Positions 18,795-28,970 are shown, counted from the first letter of the stretch. The stretch is 64,000 bases of DNA from Candidatus Latescibacterota bacterium (GCA_965222075.1 OZ244937.1:3104001-3168000), one strand, 5' to 3'. A program made the numbers and translations. The notes: generated by a model not told the origin, from the letters alone.

Positions 18795-19689
18795 CCTGAT
18801 TCCCCCCGCCGTACCGCTCAAATATCGCATCCAACAAATGCCGGATCGCCGGCCCGAAGTAGCGCCCCCCTCGCCACGCCACGCCGACCTCCCGGGAAAA
18901 GGCCACCCCCTCCACCCTCACCGCTCGCAGCGCCCCCGACGCAAGCGACTCCCTCACCGTCAGCGCGGGCAGAAAGGAGATTCCCACCCCCACCTCCACC
19001 AGCTTCCGCATCGCCTCCGGGCTGCGCATCTCCATCACCACCCCGGGTGACACCCCCGCCTCTGCGAACCGCTCGTCCACAATCTTCCGGGAGACCGAAT
19101 CGGCGTGGAAAAGGATCAGCGGCTCCTGCACCACCTCCGCCAGCGTCACCGATGCGCAATCGGCAAACCGGTGCGCTGCTCCCACCACCAGCGGCATCGA
19201 ATCCCTGTAGATCGAAACCGTCTGCACCTTGGGGTGGCTGAACGGCAGCGAAATCACCGCAAACTCCGACCGGTTCAGCAGCAAATCCTCCACCAGGTAC
19301 CGGGAAGGCGCCACCTGCACCGAAAGCGCCACCTCGGGATACGCCCGCATATAAGCCTTCAAAATATCGGGCAAAAGATAGGTCACCGCCGCATCGATCG
19401 CCCCAAACTGGAAACCCTCTCCCGGCAGCACATCTCTCCGTTTCAGCTTCTCCTCCGCCTCCTCCACAAGGTCCTGGATCTGCATGCCGTAGCTCACCAG
19501 CGCCCGCCCCTCCATCGTCAGCGAAACGTGCCGGCTCCCCCGGTTGAACAGCCGCACCCCCAGCGTCCGTTCCAACCCCCCGACCCCGCTGCTCACCGTC
19601 GGCTGGGTCACGTGCATCTCCCGCGCGGCCCTGCTGAAACTCCCCGTGCGGGCCACCGCTAAGAAATAGCGAAGATGGTGCAGATTCAT
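18784..19689 (-). CDS. LysR-family transcriptional regulator
   Basis: LHHLRYFLAVARTGSFSRAAREMHVTQPTVS HTH plus substrate-binding domain. Confidence 0.93.
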   Translation of the reverse strand: MNLHHLRYFLAVARTGSFSRAAREMHVTQPTVSSGVGGLERTLGVRLFNRGSRHVSLTMEGRALVSYGMQIQDLVEEAEEKLKRRDVLPGEGFQFGAIDAAVTYLLPDILKAYMRAYPEVALSVQVAPSRYLVEDLLLNRSEFAVISLPFSHPKVQTVSIYRDSMPLVVGAAHRFADCASVTLAEVVQEPLILFHADSVSRKIVDERFAEAGVSPGVVMEMRSPEAMRKLVEVGVGISFLPALTVRESLASGALRAVRVEGVAFSREVGVAWRGGRYFGPAIRHLLDAIFERYGGGNQATA

Positions 19690-19705
19690 CCCCATCACCC
19701 CCTTT

Positions 19706-19722
19706 TATAGATAATTTCTATA
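19706..19722. promoter_or_regulatory. LysR binding box in the divergent promoter
   Basis: TATAGA-TAATT-TCTATA palindrome (ATAG-N7-CTAT, T-N11-A) in an AT-rich intergenic region. Confidence 0.7.
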
Positions 19723-19825
19723 TATAATATAATAAATATTTACTTGATTAATACATAAATTCTTCTATTTTTATCCCTGCAAATCGGCAAAAGCGCAAAT
19801 CCGCCATTTTTCACAGGAGATTCGC

Positions 19826-20923
19826 ATGAGCAGGAGAAAAAAAGTTCGGGTCGCCATCATCGGCGTGGGCAACTGCGCCTCCTCTCTCGTCCAGGGCGTG
19901 CACTACTACAAAGACGCGGACAAGGACGCCTTTGTGCCGGGCCTGATGCACGTCGACCTGGGCGGCTATCACGTCAGCGACATCGAGTTTTCTGCCGCAT
20001 TCGACGTCGGTAAAGAAAAGGTGGGCAAAGACCTCGGCGAAGCCATCTTTGCCCACCCGAACAACACCGTCAAATTCGCAGACGTCCCCCACTTAGACGT
20101 TTCCGTCCAGCGCGGCATGACCCACGACGGCCTGGGCAAATACCTCTCCGAAGTGATCGAAAAGGCCGAACCGCCCACCGTCGACGTGGCCGAAATCCTC
20201 AAAGCCACGAAGACCGACGTGGTGGTCAGCTACCTCCCTGTGGGCAGCGAAGAGGCCACCAAATGGTACGTCGAACAGATCCTGCAGGCCGGGTGTGGTT
20301 TTATCAACTGCATCCCCGTCTTCATCGCCAGCGCCGGCTACTGGCCCGAACGCTTCGAAAAGCGGGGCCTGCCCATCATCGGCGACGACATCAAATCCCA
20401 GGTCGGCGCCACCATCGCACACCGCGTGCTCACCCGGCTCTTCCGCGAGCGGGGCGTTAAACTCCTGCGCACCTACCAGCTCAACTTCGGCGGCAACACC
20501 GACTTCTACAACATGCTGGAGCGCTCCCGGCTCGAATCAAAAAAGATCAGCAAGACCAACGCCGTCACCTCCCAACTCGACCACGACCTGGGCGAGGGCA
20601 ATGTCCACGTGGGCCCTTCCGACCACGTCCCCTGGCTGGAAGACCGGAAATGGTGCCACATCCGCATGGAAGGGGAGACCTTTGGCGGCGTGCCCCTCAA
20701 CCTCGAACTCAAACTCGAAGTCTGGGACTCGCCCAACTCCGCCGGCGTGGTCATCGATGCGGTCCGCTGCTGCAAGCTCGCCCTCAACCACGGCCTCAAA
20801 GGCCCGCTGCTGGCCCCCTCCTCCTACTTCATGAAAACCCCGCCGCAGCAGTTCAGCGACGACCAGGCCCGGGAAATGGTGGAAGACTTCATCCTCCAGT
20901 ATGGCCGGAACGGCAGGGCGTGA
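19826..20923 (+). CDS. ino1: inositol-3-phosphate synthase
   Basis: [60 protein letters not shown]. Confidence 0.96.
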   Translation: MSRRKKVRVAIIGVGNCASSLVQGVHYYKDADKDAFVPGLMHVDLGGYHVSDIEFSAAFDVGKEKVGKDLGEAIFAHPNNTVKFADVPHLDVSVQRGMTHDGLGKYLSEVIEKAEPPTVDVAEILKATKTDVVVSYLPVGSEEATKWYVEQILQAGCGFINCIPVFIASAGYWPERFEKRGLPIIGDDIKSQVGATIAHRVLTRLFRERGVKLLRTYQLNFGGNTDFYNMLERSRLESKKISKTNAVTSQLDHDLGEGNVHVGPSDHVPWLEDRKWCHIRMEGETFGGVPLNLELKLEVWDSPNSAGVVIDAVRCCKLALNHGLKGPLLAPSSYFMKTPPQQFSDDQAREMVEDFILQYGRNGRA

Positions 20924-20988
20924 TAAAAAGCATGCACCGAAAGAGACGCAGAGAACGCGGAGAAAGACCAAAAACGCGGACAACACAA

Positions 20989-21022
20989 AAACGGACGGTC
21001 GACCGTGGTCAACCGTCCGTTT
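20989..21022. terminator. bidirectional hairpin between convergent ino1 and DegT genes
   Basis: AAACGGACGGTCGAC-CGTG-GTCAACCGTCCGTTT. Confidence 0.65.
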
Positions 21023-21042
21023 GGTTTCGTAAGCTTCACGAT

Positions 21043-22305
21043 CTACTTCAGCTCTCCCGCCTGTGTCACCACCTTCCGGAACGCTTCGGCGTGCTCTTTG
21101 ATAATCTCCGGGCGGTAGTGCTTGAACCATGGGATGGAATACACCTGCTCCGTCATCCGCTCCGTCACCGGCAGGCTGCCCTCTCCCTGCCGCACGTCCT
21201 GATCCGAATGGGCGATACGCGTCGGCTTGCCGTCGCCGTATACATCCGCGTCGTTTAAAACCGGATGCAGGTGCAGCAGCAGGTTCGCCCCCGGGCCGGT
21301 CGACGTCCCTTCCGCCCGAACCGCCTCGCAGAACTTCTGCACGCTCAGCCCGTCCAGTTCTTCTGGAACGTAGAGCCCGTGCGCCGCGTACCACCCCCCC
21401 ATCGTACTCCCCGAATCCTTCGGGGGCCGGTGCGCCTTGATCCCCGGCGCGCCCTCCAGCAGATCCCAGAAATAGTTCATCGCCTTCTGGATCTCCTCCA
21501 TCCGCTCCTGATAGTGCCTAAGCTGAACCCGACCGACTGCGGATGAAAGCTGGTGCATCCGGTACTTGAATCCCCCCAGCGGCAGCCCGGAAAATTTCTT
21601 CAGCTCCGGATCTTCGATCTGCCCTGTGCGCTCGTAGTGCCCAAACGCCGCCGCACGCTCGTAAATCTTTTTATCATTTGTAATCAGCATCCCCGCTTCG
21701 CCGATCGCCAGAGACTTGCCCGACATACAGGACATCGCACCCACATGCCCGATCGTGCCCACCAGCCGGCCCTTGTAGAGCGCCCCGTGCGCGTGCGACA
21801 CATCCTCGATCACCTTGATCCCGCGCGCATTGGCGATCTCCATAATCGGGTCCATATCGGTTGGATGCCCCAGATAGTGCACCACCATAATCGCCTTGGT
21901 CCTGTCCGTAATCTTGCGCTCCATATCCTCGGCATCCAGCGTCAGCGTATCCGGGTCCATATCCGCGAAAACGATCGTAGCCCCCAGGTTCATTGCCTGT
22001 AGCACGGACGCCCAGAAGGTCATGCTCTGGCAGATAATCTCGTCTCCCACGCCTATCCCGCACCCGAACATCGCCGTATGCAGCGAAGCCGTACCCGTAT
22101 TGTGCGCCAGCGCGTACTTCATATCGTGCCACTCTGCATATTCCTTCTCAAACGCCACCGTTACATCCGTCCCGGACATCGCCCCCCGGCGCAGCACCTC
22201 TAACGCGGCCTCTTCGTCCTCCTGGGTGATAATCGGCCACTTGAACATATCCCCCGGATCGGTCTTCACCGCCTTGGGCCCACCCAGAATCGCCAGCTTA
22301 TCCAT
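21043..22305 (-). CDS. DegT/DnrJ/EryC1/StrS PLP-dependent aminotransferase
   Basis: LAILGGP N-terminus, GTASLH, IEDVSHAHGA, SGKSLAIGEAG (PLP Lys). Confidence 0.92.
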   Translation of the reverse strand: MDKLAILGGPKAVKTDPGDMFKWPIITQEDEEAALEVLRRGAMSGTDVTVAFEKEYAEWHDMKYALAHNTGTASLHTAMFGCGIGVGDEIICQSMTFWASVLQAMNLGATIVFADMDPDTLTLDAEDMERKITDRTKAIMVVHYLGHPTDMDPIMEIANARGIKVIEDVSHAHGALYKGRLVGTIGHVGAMSCMSGKSLAIGEAGMLITNDKKIYERAAAFGHYERTGQIEDPELKKFSGLPLGGFKYRMHQLSSAVGRVQLRHYQERMEEIQKAMNYFWDLLEGAPGIKAHRPPKDSGSTMGGWYAAHGLYVPEELDGLSVQKFCEAVRAEGTSTGPGANLLLHLHPVLNDADVYGDGKPTRIAHSDQDVRQGEGSLPVTERMTEQVYSIPWFKHYRPEIIKEHAEAFRKVVTQAGELK

Positions 22306-22482
22306 CCTCCTGACCTCCTTCGGAATCAGCCATACTTCTATGTCGGGTTGTGCGCAAAGAATCTCCTCGCGCCGATCAGAAACGCCATCTTTTTTTAATA
22401 TACCTCATTTCAAAGCCCGTACGCCAGCAAAAAGGCCCCGGAGGGTGATCTTCCGGAGCCTCGACCGATCTCTGCGCTGCGC

Positions 22483-23751
22483 TCACGCATCAAAATACGA
22501 CTTCCGGCTCGCGTGCGGCGGGGTGCGGTCCCGTTCAGCACGGCCTGCAATCGTCATCGCAACGCCCATCGGCGCCGGCTCTACATCCTCCCGGCGGTTG
22601 TTAAACGTCGTTGCCCCCCACCGTGACCCCACCGCAACCAGGTCGAACCGCGAAAACCGCTCTGCCTGCGGGTCGAACGAAAGATATCCCAGCAGCTTCG
22701 CGTCAAATCCCCGCTCGCGGATAATACAGCACATCTCCCCCCGTTTGTAAACCGACTCACGGGGCGGAAACGTACACCAGTCCTTCTCCTCGCACAAAAA
22801 CGCGTGTCCGGAAACCTTCAGATCCACCCCCTCCGGCGTCACACCGGTCACCGTCAACCACATCTCCACATCACAAAGCGCCTCAGGAGGCCAGGGGGCC
22901 GTCTCCCCCCGCACGCTGTCGACCAGGTGAAACCGGACCAGCCGCCGGGTGACCTCTCCCGGCATTGGAAAGGAATCGCCCACCGCCGCATCGGGCGGTA
23001 CAATCAAGCGCATCTCCTCCCGCGTGAGCCAGACGTAATCCTGGTTGTGGGAATCCAGAAAGATCTCCGGCCGAAAATCCACCTGCCGGGACAGGTCCCG
23101 AACGCCCAGGTGGAGCACCAGACCGTCCTCCGGATACGCCCAGGCAAACCGGGTATCCGGCCCTTCCACCTCTCCGATCCGGAAGCACCCGTGCTGCGTC
23201 CCTCGACGCTCCCAGTTCTCCAGCGCCTGTTCCATCATCTCCAAAAGCTGATCCGGGTCGCGCACGTGGCGGGAGCCCAGCAGCTCTCCCTCCGTCGTCG
23301 TCACAAACTGCCCCTGGTGGCACTCCCCGTGCTCCGTATCGGCCATCCGGGCGCTGGCCTCCTCAAACGAGAGGCCAAATCGGCCCTGCCAGGAGACCAG
23401 GCGTAAAAACCTCCCCTCCTCGTCGTCCTGTCGCTGCAGGTGGCTGATATTGGCCGCAACGGGAACAAACTTCTCGTTTAAAAGCCCGATCACGCGCGGA
23501 TCGGAAAATGTGAGCGCACGGCCCACAACCCCGTTGTTTCAGACACACCCAAGCGGGTGCCCGTTCATCGCCCAGATGAACAGCGGCTTCTCCAGCTCGG
23601 CCGCCTGCTGACGCCCCTCCCAGAGATGGCCGATCCAGGGCACCTCCGTCCACCGCTCCTTGTCTGCGCGGGGCCGGCAGGCCTCGAACAGCTCCTCAAA
23701 CGTCTCCGCCCTCAGCGCGGGCGGGGGATTCACTATCTCTTCGGTAACCAT
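22483..23751 (-). CDS. putative selenoprotein, thioredoxin-like fold, CxU motif (in-frame UGA at 23541-23539)
   Basis: ORFs 23539-23805 and 22483-23526 are in the same frame: KPLFIWAMNGHPLGCV-UGA-NNGVVGRALTFSDPRVIGLLNEKFVPV. Hairpin immediately 3' of the UGA. Confidence 0.8.
23503..23532 (-). other. candidate bacterial SECIS hairpin
   Basis: GGGG-U-UGUGGGC-CGUGC-GCUCACA-UU-UUCC. Apical loop starts 19 nt after UGA with G at loop position 2. Confidence 0.6.
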
Positions 23752-24035
23752 ACACATCTCTCCCTTGTTGAGAGTGGGATAAAGCCTCCAGGGTGTGGTT
23801 TTCAAATATAACCCCGAACTCTTTCAAGAGGTTAGAAAGGTTTTGCAGAGTGGGTTACACCCTATTGATAAGAAAAAAAGGGGCCGATAGCAAGAAAAAT
23901 TTCTTCAAAGCGGCGATCCTCTCCGGCCCCCTCCCTTTGGGCTTGATTTCACAGGAAAGTTTGCGTATTCATTGGGGGTTTTAACGACAGCTTCTAAAAC
24001 GCAACGGGGCAAAAGCCACCTTCCGAGGTCCGGAT

Positions 24036-25604
24036 ATGACATCTGAAACTCCGCTGTCCAAACAACAGATCGCCGATGGCCTGAAAGCCCTCGGCCTCTC
24101 CCGGGGGGCCATCCTGATGGTCCATGCGTCTCTCAGCAGCCTGGGGGAAGTCGATGGCGGGGCCGGCGCCCTCATCGACGCCCTGCTGGAGGCCCTCGGA
24201 CCGGAAGGCACCCTCCTGATGCCCACCCATCCGGCCCGTGACGGGCGCACCTTCCACCCCGACGCGATCCCCTCCGACATGGGGACCATCACCGAAACCT
24301 TCCGCCTGCGTCCCGGCGTGCTGCGCAGCCGCCACCCCTACCATCCGGTAGCAGCGATCGGTGCCCGGGCCGAGGAGATGCTGCGCGACCACGAGCAGAG
24401 CGCGGTCCCCGACGGCCCGGAAACCCCCTACGGCCGCCTCATTGCCCTGGACGGCCGGGTGCTGCACATCGGCTGCGACCTGAACACGCTCACCCTGCTC
24501 CACACCGTGGAAGCGGAACTGGACCTGCCCTACCTGCGGGAGTTGGAGATGAAATACGTGGATGCCCAGGGAAAGGTCCGCACCCTGCAGATCAAACGCT
24601 GTCCCGGCGGGCACCGGGGCGGCGTCTGGAAATTCGACCGCTTATTCCGAGAAGAGGGCGCCATGTCCCTCGGACGGATCGAACGCGCGGTCTGCCGGTT
24701 GATCTCTGCGCCGGAAGCAGCGGCGGTCATGCGCCGGGAAATGGCCCGGGACCCCGCCTTTGCCTTAGACGACAACCCCCACTGCGCCGACTGCGTCCGC
24801 TTCCGGAGCAAAATCGGGCCCCGTTCCCAAACCAGGCGAAAACCGCGTGTGCAGATCAACAACAAGGCCGGCCGCCTGGCCCGTGAGGACTTCCGGCTCA
24901 CCGCCCCCCTCTGGGCCGTCGCCCGGAATCCTGAGCAGGCCCTGGACCTGATTCGGGAGGAAGGCATCGCGCACGTAGAGCTGCACACAGAACATCTACC
25001 CGAACCGGACGGCCTTAACAGGCAGCTCACGGACCGGGGGATGGACATCGCCGTCCTGCGCACCGACCTCGGCCCGCCCGATGTAATCGCCGAACAAGCA
25101 GCCCGGCTAAAGGTCGCCTGTCTGCACGTCGGCGCCCCAAACCGAACCGAAATGAACCATCCCCAACTCGTAGACGCACTCTGCGCCCTGGCCCAAGCGG
25201 CTGGCGGCCGGGGAATCACCGCGCTTTTGGGCAACCGGCCGGACAGCCTCGCAGAAACCGCGGAGGAACTGGCTGCGCTCGTAAAAGAGGTCGGCTCGCC
25301 AAACCTGAAGGCGAGCTACAACCCGGCCCATATCGCGTGGTCCGGAGGCAGTCCTTTCTACGGTGGACTCTACAAAGGACCGCTGCGCCGCAACCTGCGC
25401 CACGTGGATCTACAAGATGTGGTCGTCGCCGACAGAAGGGGGGTCACACCCGGCATGGGCAATGCCGAAATCATAGAAATCATCTCCAATCTGCGCTGCC
25501 GAAGCTTTGATGGATTCCTGTGTCTCTGGCCGCTGCCAAAGCAGGGGGATGAGGGATTTCGGGAAGCGGCGAGAGGCTTCCGGGAGATCATGGAGCGCAT
25601 CTGA
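24036..25604 (+). CDS. AAC(3)-family N-acetyltransferase fused to a xylose-isomerase-like TIM barrel
   Basis: MVHASLSSLG, GTLLMPT, RSRHP, TLLHTVE; HCADC linker; C-terminal YNPAH, HVDLQD, PGMGN. Confidence 0.8.
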   Translation: MTSETPLSKQQIADGLKALGLSRGAILMVHASLSSLGEVDGGAGALIDALLEALGPEGTLLMPTHPARDGRTFHPDAIPSDMGTITETFRLRPGVLRSRHPYHPVAAIGARAEEMLRDHEQSAVPDGPETPYGRLIALDGRVLHIGCDLNTLTLLHTVEAELDLPYLRELEMKYVDAQGKVRTLQIKRCPGGHRGGVWKFDRLFREEGAMSLGRIERAVCRLISAPEAAAVMRREMARDPAFALDDNPHCADCVRFRSKIGPRSQTRRKPRVQINNKAGRLAREDFRLTAPLWAVARNPEQALDLIREEGIAHVELHTEHLPEPDGLNRQLTDRGMDIAVLRTDLGPPDVIAEQAARLKVACLHVGAPNRTEMNHPQLVDALCALAQAAGGRGITALLGNRPDSLAETAEELAALVKEVGSPNLKASYNPAHIAWSGGSPFYGGLYKGPLRRNLRHVDLQDVVVADRRGVTPGMGNAEIIEIISNLRCRSFDGFLCLWPLPKQGDEGFREAARGFREIMERI

Positions 25605-25694
25605 TTCCACCGCAGAATACAGACAACCGGGGTCAAAGTGCTGTTGACACAGGTCTCGCTCCGCCCTAACTTGGGTGGAAAAAGGAGATCGATC

Positions 25695-26753
25695 ATGACC
25701 AAAAGGCTCGAAGCGCCTGTCAGATGCGCCGTCATCGGGTACGGCGCCGCCCACATCTTTGGCAGGGCGCACGGCAGATGGATCGATGCAACGCCCAACC
25801 TGGAATGGGTCGCGGTATGCGACATAGACTCCGAGCGGCTCAGGGTCGCAACAGACGAGTTTCCGCACCTGAAAACCTGCTCCAGCGTTACGGATCTGCT
25901 TGAAAGGGCCGAGGTCGACATGGTCTCGGTGATCACGCCGCACCACACACACGCGCCTATTGCGCTTGAATGTATCCGCGCAGGCAAGCACGTCATCGTA
26001 GACAAGGCCATGTGTCTGAGCGTGGCCGAAGCCACCGCGATGATCGAAGAGGCCGAGAAACAAAACGCCATGCTGGCCGTCTTTCACGGCCGCCGGCACG
26101 ACGGCAACTACCGCGCCATCCAGGAAACCGTCCGCAGCGGCCTCATCGGCGACCTGTTTCACATCGAACTCACCGCCGGAGGATATCGGAAGCCCCGGGA
26201 CTGGTGGTACAGCAAGAAGGCCCTCGGCGGAGGCGCCTTTTATTACTGGGGGCCCCACGCCGTCGACTGGGTGCTCAACCTCGTCCAGGACAGCGTAAGC
26301 GGTGTAACCGGCTTTTACCACAAACTCGTCTGGGACGACGTGGACATCGAAGACCAGACCCGGGCGATCCTGCGCTTTGAAAACGGCGCCGTGGCCGACA
26401 TCACCTATTCGCACATCGCCGCGGCCGGCAAACCGGCGTGGAGAATTCTGGGCACGAAGGGCGCGATTGTCGATACCGGAACCGACGGAGCCAAGGGCTA
26501 CCAGGAGCAAATCGTCGGCCCGCCGGGTGGAAGCTTTCAGGCAATCACAATCGAAAACGACAAACGCCGTGAAACGACCGTACCCTACAAGGATTCCGAC
26601 TGGCTCACCTACTATATCGAAATTGCAGAGCACCTTCTAAACGGCGGCCCCATACCCGTCACCGGAGAAGAGGGCCGGAGAACCATCGCAGTATTCGAAG
26701 CCGCCGAACGGTCCTCCCGGACCGGCAAAACCGAACCTGTGGAATATGAGTGA
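25695..26753 (+). CDS. Gfo/Idh/MocA oxidoreductase
   Basis: AVIGYG, ITPHHTH, GKHVIVDK, GGGAFYYWGPH. Confidence 0.9.
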   Translation: MTKRLEAPVRCAVIGYGAAHIFGRAHGRWIDATPNLEWVAVCDIDSERLRVATDEFPHLKTCSSVTDLLERAEVDMVSVITPHHTHAPIALECIRAGKHVIVDKAMCLSVAEATAMIEEAEKQNAMLAVFHGRRHDGNYRAIQETVRSGLIGDLFHIELTAGGYRKPRDWWYSKKALGGGAFYYWGPHAVDWVLNLVQDSVSGVTGFYHKLVWDDVDIEDQTRAILRFENGAVADITYSHIAAAGKPAWRILGTKGAIVDTGTDGAKGYQEQIVGPPGGSFQAITIENDKRRETTVPYKDSDWLTYYIEIAEHLLNGGPIPVTGEEGRRTIAVFEAAERSSRTGKTEPVEYE

Positions 26754-28179
26754 ATCGCCTCACCTCTGCTCCTTGAAAGTGAACAGCGCCATGCCTGAAC
26801 ATCTCGATACCGAAGAACTTATAGAAGCCTCCCGACACCTCTGGCAGAACTATTTCCCAGGCAAGCAACCGGCCAAACACCCCGGCGTGCTGGTCCGCGG
26901 CGAAGGCCTCTATGTCTACGACGCCGATGGCAACCGCTATCTCGACACCTTCGCGTCCCTCCTCACCACCCTGTGCGGGCACGGCCGGCCCGAGGTGGTC
27001 AAAGCCGTCAAAGATCAGATGGAGAAACTGTCCTACTTCCCGGGGGGCCAGAACTTCATCATGGAACCTACGGTGAGACTGGCGAAGGTGCTCGCCGAAA
27101 TCACCCCCGGGGACCTCTCCGTCACGTTCTTCGTAAACGACGGTTCGGAGGCCTGCGAAGCGGCCATCAAAATGGCCCGCCAGTACTTCTGGACAAAGGG
27201 GGAAAAGACCCGCCAGAAAATCATCTTCCGCCGCTACTCCTACCACGGCGCAACCCTCGGCGCCCTCTCCGCTACCGGCCTGCCCGCCATGCGGGAGCCC
27301 TTCGAGCCGCTCCTGCCCGGCTTCACGCACGTCATGCCCGCGTGGTGCTACCGGTGTGAACTCGACCTGCACCCTGCTTCGTGCGGTGTGGCCTGTCTGA
27401 AGAACCTGGAAGCTACGGTCCAGTGGGAAGGTCCGGATTCTGTCGCAGCCATCATCATGGACCCCATCCCAGGCTCGAACACCGGCTTCCCGCTGCCCCC
27501 GGACGGCTACATCGAGGGCGTGCGTGAGCTGTGCGACCGGTACGGCATCCTCTTAATCTTCGACGAGATCCAGGTCGGCTTCGGCCGCACCGGCAAGATG
27601 TTCTGCTGCGAAAACTGGGGCGTAACGCCCGACATCATGGCCGTCGCAAAAGGCTTCTCCGGCGGCTACCTCCCCCTGGGCGCCGCCATTGCCACAGACC
27701 GGATCGCGGAAGCCTTCCGCGCGTCCGGCTCCGGATTCCGGCACGTCCATACCTACTCAGGCCACGCCGTGGCCTGCGCCGCCGCCCTGGCCAACATCGA
27801 AATCATCCGGAAGGAAGGCCTGGTCCAAAAGGCGGCCGCGTTGGGAGCCTATCTGAAGCCGAAACTGGAGGAGCTTTACAAATACCCGATCGTGGGCGAC
27901 GTACGCGGCATCGGCACCCTCTGGGCGGTCGAACTGGTGGCGAACCGTGAGACCCGCGCGCCCTTCTCTCCGCCGGGCCGCGCAGGTTCATTCATCGGCA
28001 GCGCCTGCTGGGAATCCGGCATCATCCTCCGCAACAACGGCGACATCCTCGTCATAGCGCCCGCGCTCATCATGACGGACGAGCAGGCGGATGAAATGAC
28101 CGGCATGCTGGACAGCGCTATTGCGGAAGCCATGAAACGTTGTACGGCCGATAACGGCACACTGCAGTGGTCTGAATAG
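26746..28179 (+). CDS. class III PLP aminotransferase (omega-amino acid/BioA-like)
   Basis: GSEACEAAIK, SYHGAT, FDEIQVGFGRTG, PDIMAVAKGFSGGYLP, HTYSGH. Confidence 0.92.
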   Translation: MSESPHLCSLKVNSAMPEHLDTEELIEASRHLWQNYFPGKQPAKHPGVLVRGEGLYVYDADGNRYLDTFASLLTTLCGHGRPEVVKAVKDQMEKLSYFPGGQNFIMEPTVRLAKVLAEITPGDLSVTFFVNDGSEACEAAIKMARQYFWTKGEKTRQKIIFRRYSYHGATLGALSATGLPAMREPFEPLLPGFTHVMPAWCYRCELDLHPASCGVACLKNLEATVQWEGPDSVAAIIMDPIPGSNTGFPLPPDGYIEGVRELCDRYGILLIFDEIQVGFGRTGKMFCCENWGVTPDIMAVAKGFSGGYLPLGAAIATDRIAEAFRASGSGFRHVHTYSGHAVACAAALANIEIIRKEGLVQKAAALGAYLKPKLEELYKYPIVGDVRGIGTLWAVELVANRETRAPFSPPGRAGSFIGSACWESGIILRNNGDILVIAPALIMTDEQADEMTGMLDSAIAEAMKRCTADNGTLQWSE

Positions 28180-28221
28180 CGGACGCTGAATTGCGCCAGA
28201 GGGCGAGGAGGGCGTGTTCGC

Positions 28222-28938
28222 ATGCAACAGGATTTTGAATCGAAGGTCCACCTGCTCAAAGATTCCACATATCCCGGCAGGGGGATCATTATCGGTCAGA
28301 CGCCCGGTTCAAGGCAATTTGTCCAGGTTTACTGGATTATGGGGAGAAGTGAGAAGAGCAGGAACAGGGTTTTTGTCGCGGAGGGTGCGTCTGTAAAGAC
28401 GGACCTGGTTGATCGATCGAAGGCAGAAGATGCATCGTTGATTCTTTACTATCCGGTCAAAGTGATCAACAGCTGTCATATTGTGACCAACGGCGACCAA
28501 ACGGATACGATCTACGAATCGATTCGGGATGAAAGCTTGTTTGAAGCGGCTTTAAATACCCGGTCGTTCGAACCGGATGCGCCGAATTTTACGCCGAGGA
28601 TATCGGGTCTGGTTGACCTGGACGACGATCAGAACGCATATCAACTTTGTGTCATCAAAACGATTTCAAACAGACCGGATTATTGCACACGGCAATATTT
28701 CAATTACGAGACAGCAGTTCCGGGAATCGGTCACTGTATCACGACATACAAAGACGATGGAAGCCCCCTTCCCTCGTTTTGCGGAGAGCCATTTACCGTG
28801 GAGCTGTTTGACGATATTGGGGCTACGGCCGATTTTTATTGGGACGTTTTGAATGAGGACAACAGGGTGTCACTGCTTGTCAAATTTATAGATGCTGAGA
28901 CAGGAGAGCAGGAACTCAAGATCGTCAATAAATATTGA
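28222..28938 (+). CDS. IMP cyclohydrolase-like protein (PurO-type Ntn fold)
   Basis: YPGRGIIIG, YWIMGRSEKSRNR, VTNGDQTD, FEPDAPNFTPRISG. Confidence 0.85.
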   Translation: MQQDFESKVHLLKDSTYPGRGIIIGQTPGSRQFVQVYWIMGRSEKSRNRVFVAEGASVKTDLVDRSKAEDASLILYYPVKVINSCHIVTNGDQTDTIYESIRDESLFEAALNTRSFEPDAPNFTPRISGLVDLDDDQNAYQLCVIKTISNRPDYCTRQYFNYETAVPGIGHCITTYKDDGSPLPSFCGEPFTVELFDDIGATADFYWDVLNEDNRVSLLVKFIDAETGEQELKIVNKY

Positions 28939-28970
28939 GTTCTGTCCTATTGGGAAGACGGAGATTGTGT

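Noticed and set aside
23537-23550. 14-bp match GGGTGTGTCTGAAA between the Sec codon region and 41073
   Set aside because: Matches of this length are expected by chance in 64 kb. At 23.5 kb the bases encode the G-C-V-U-N motif with coding continuity on both sides.
24036-24830. AAC(3) domain as an acquired aminoglycoside resistance gene
   Set aside because: It is fused to a metabolic domain, lies in a metabolic operon, has host-like composition and has no mobile element nearby.
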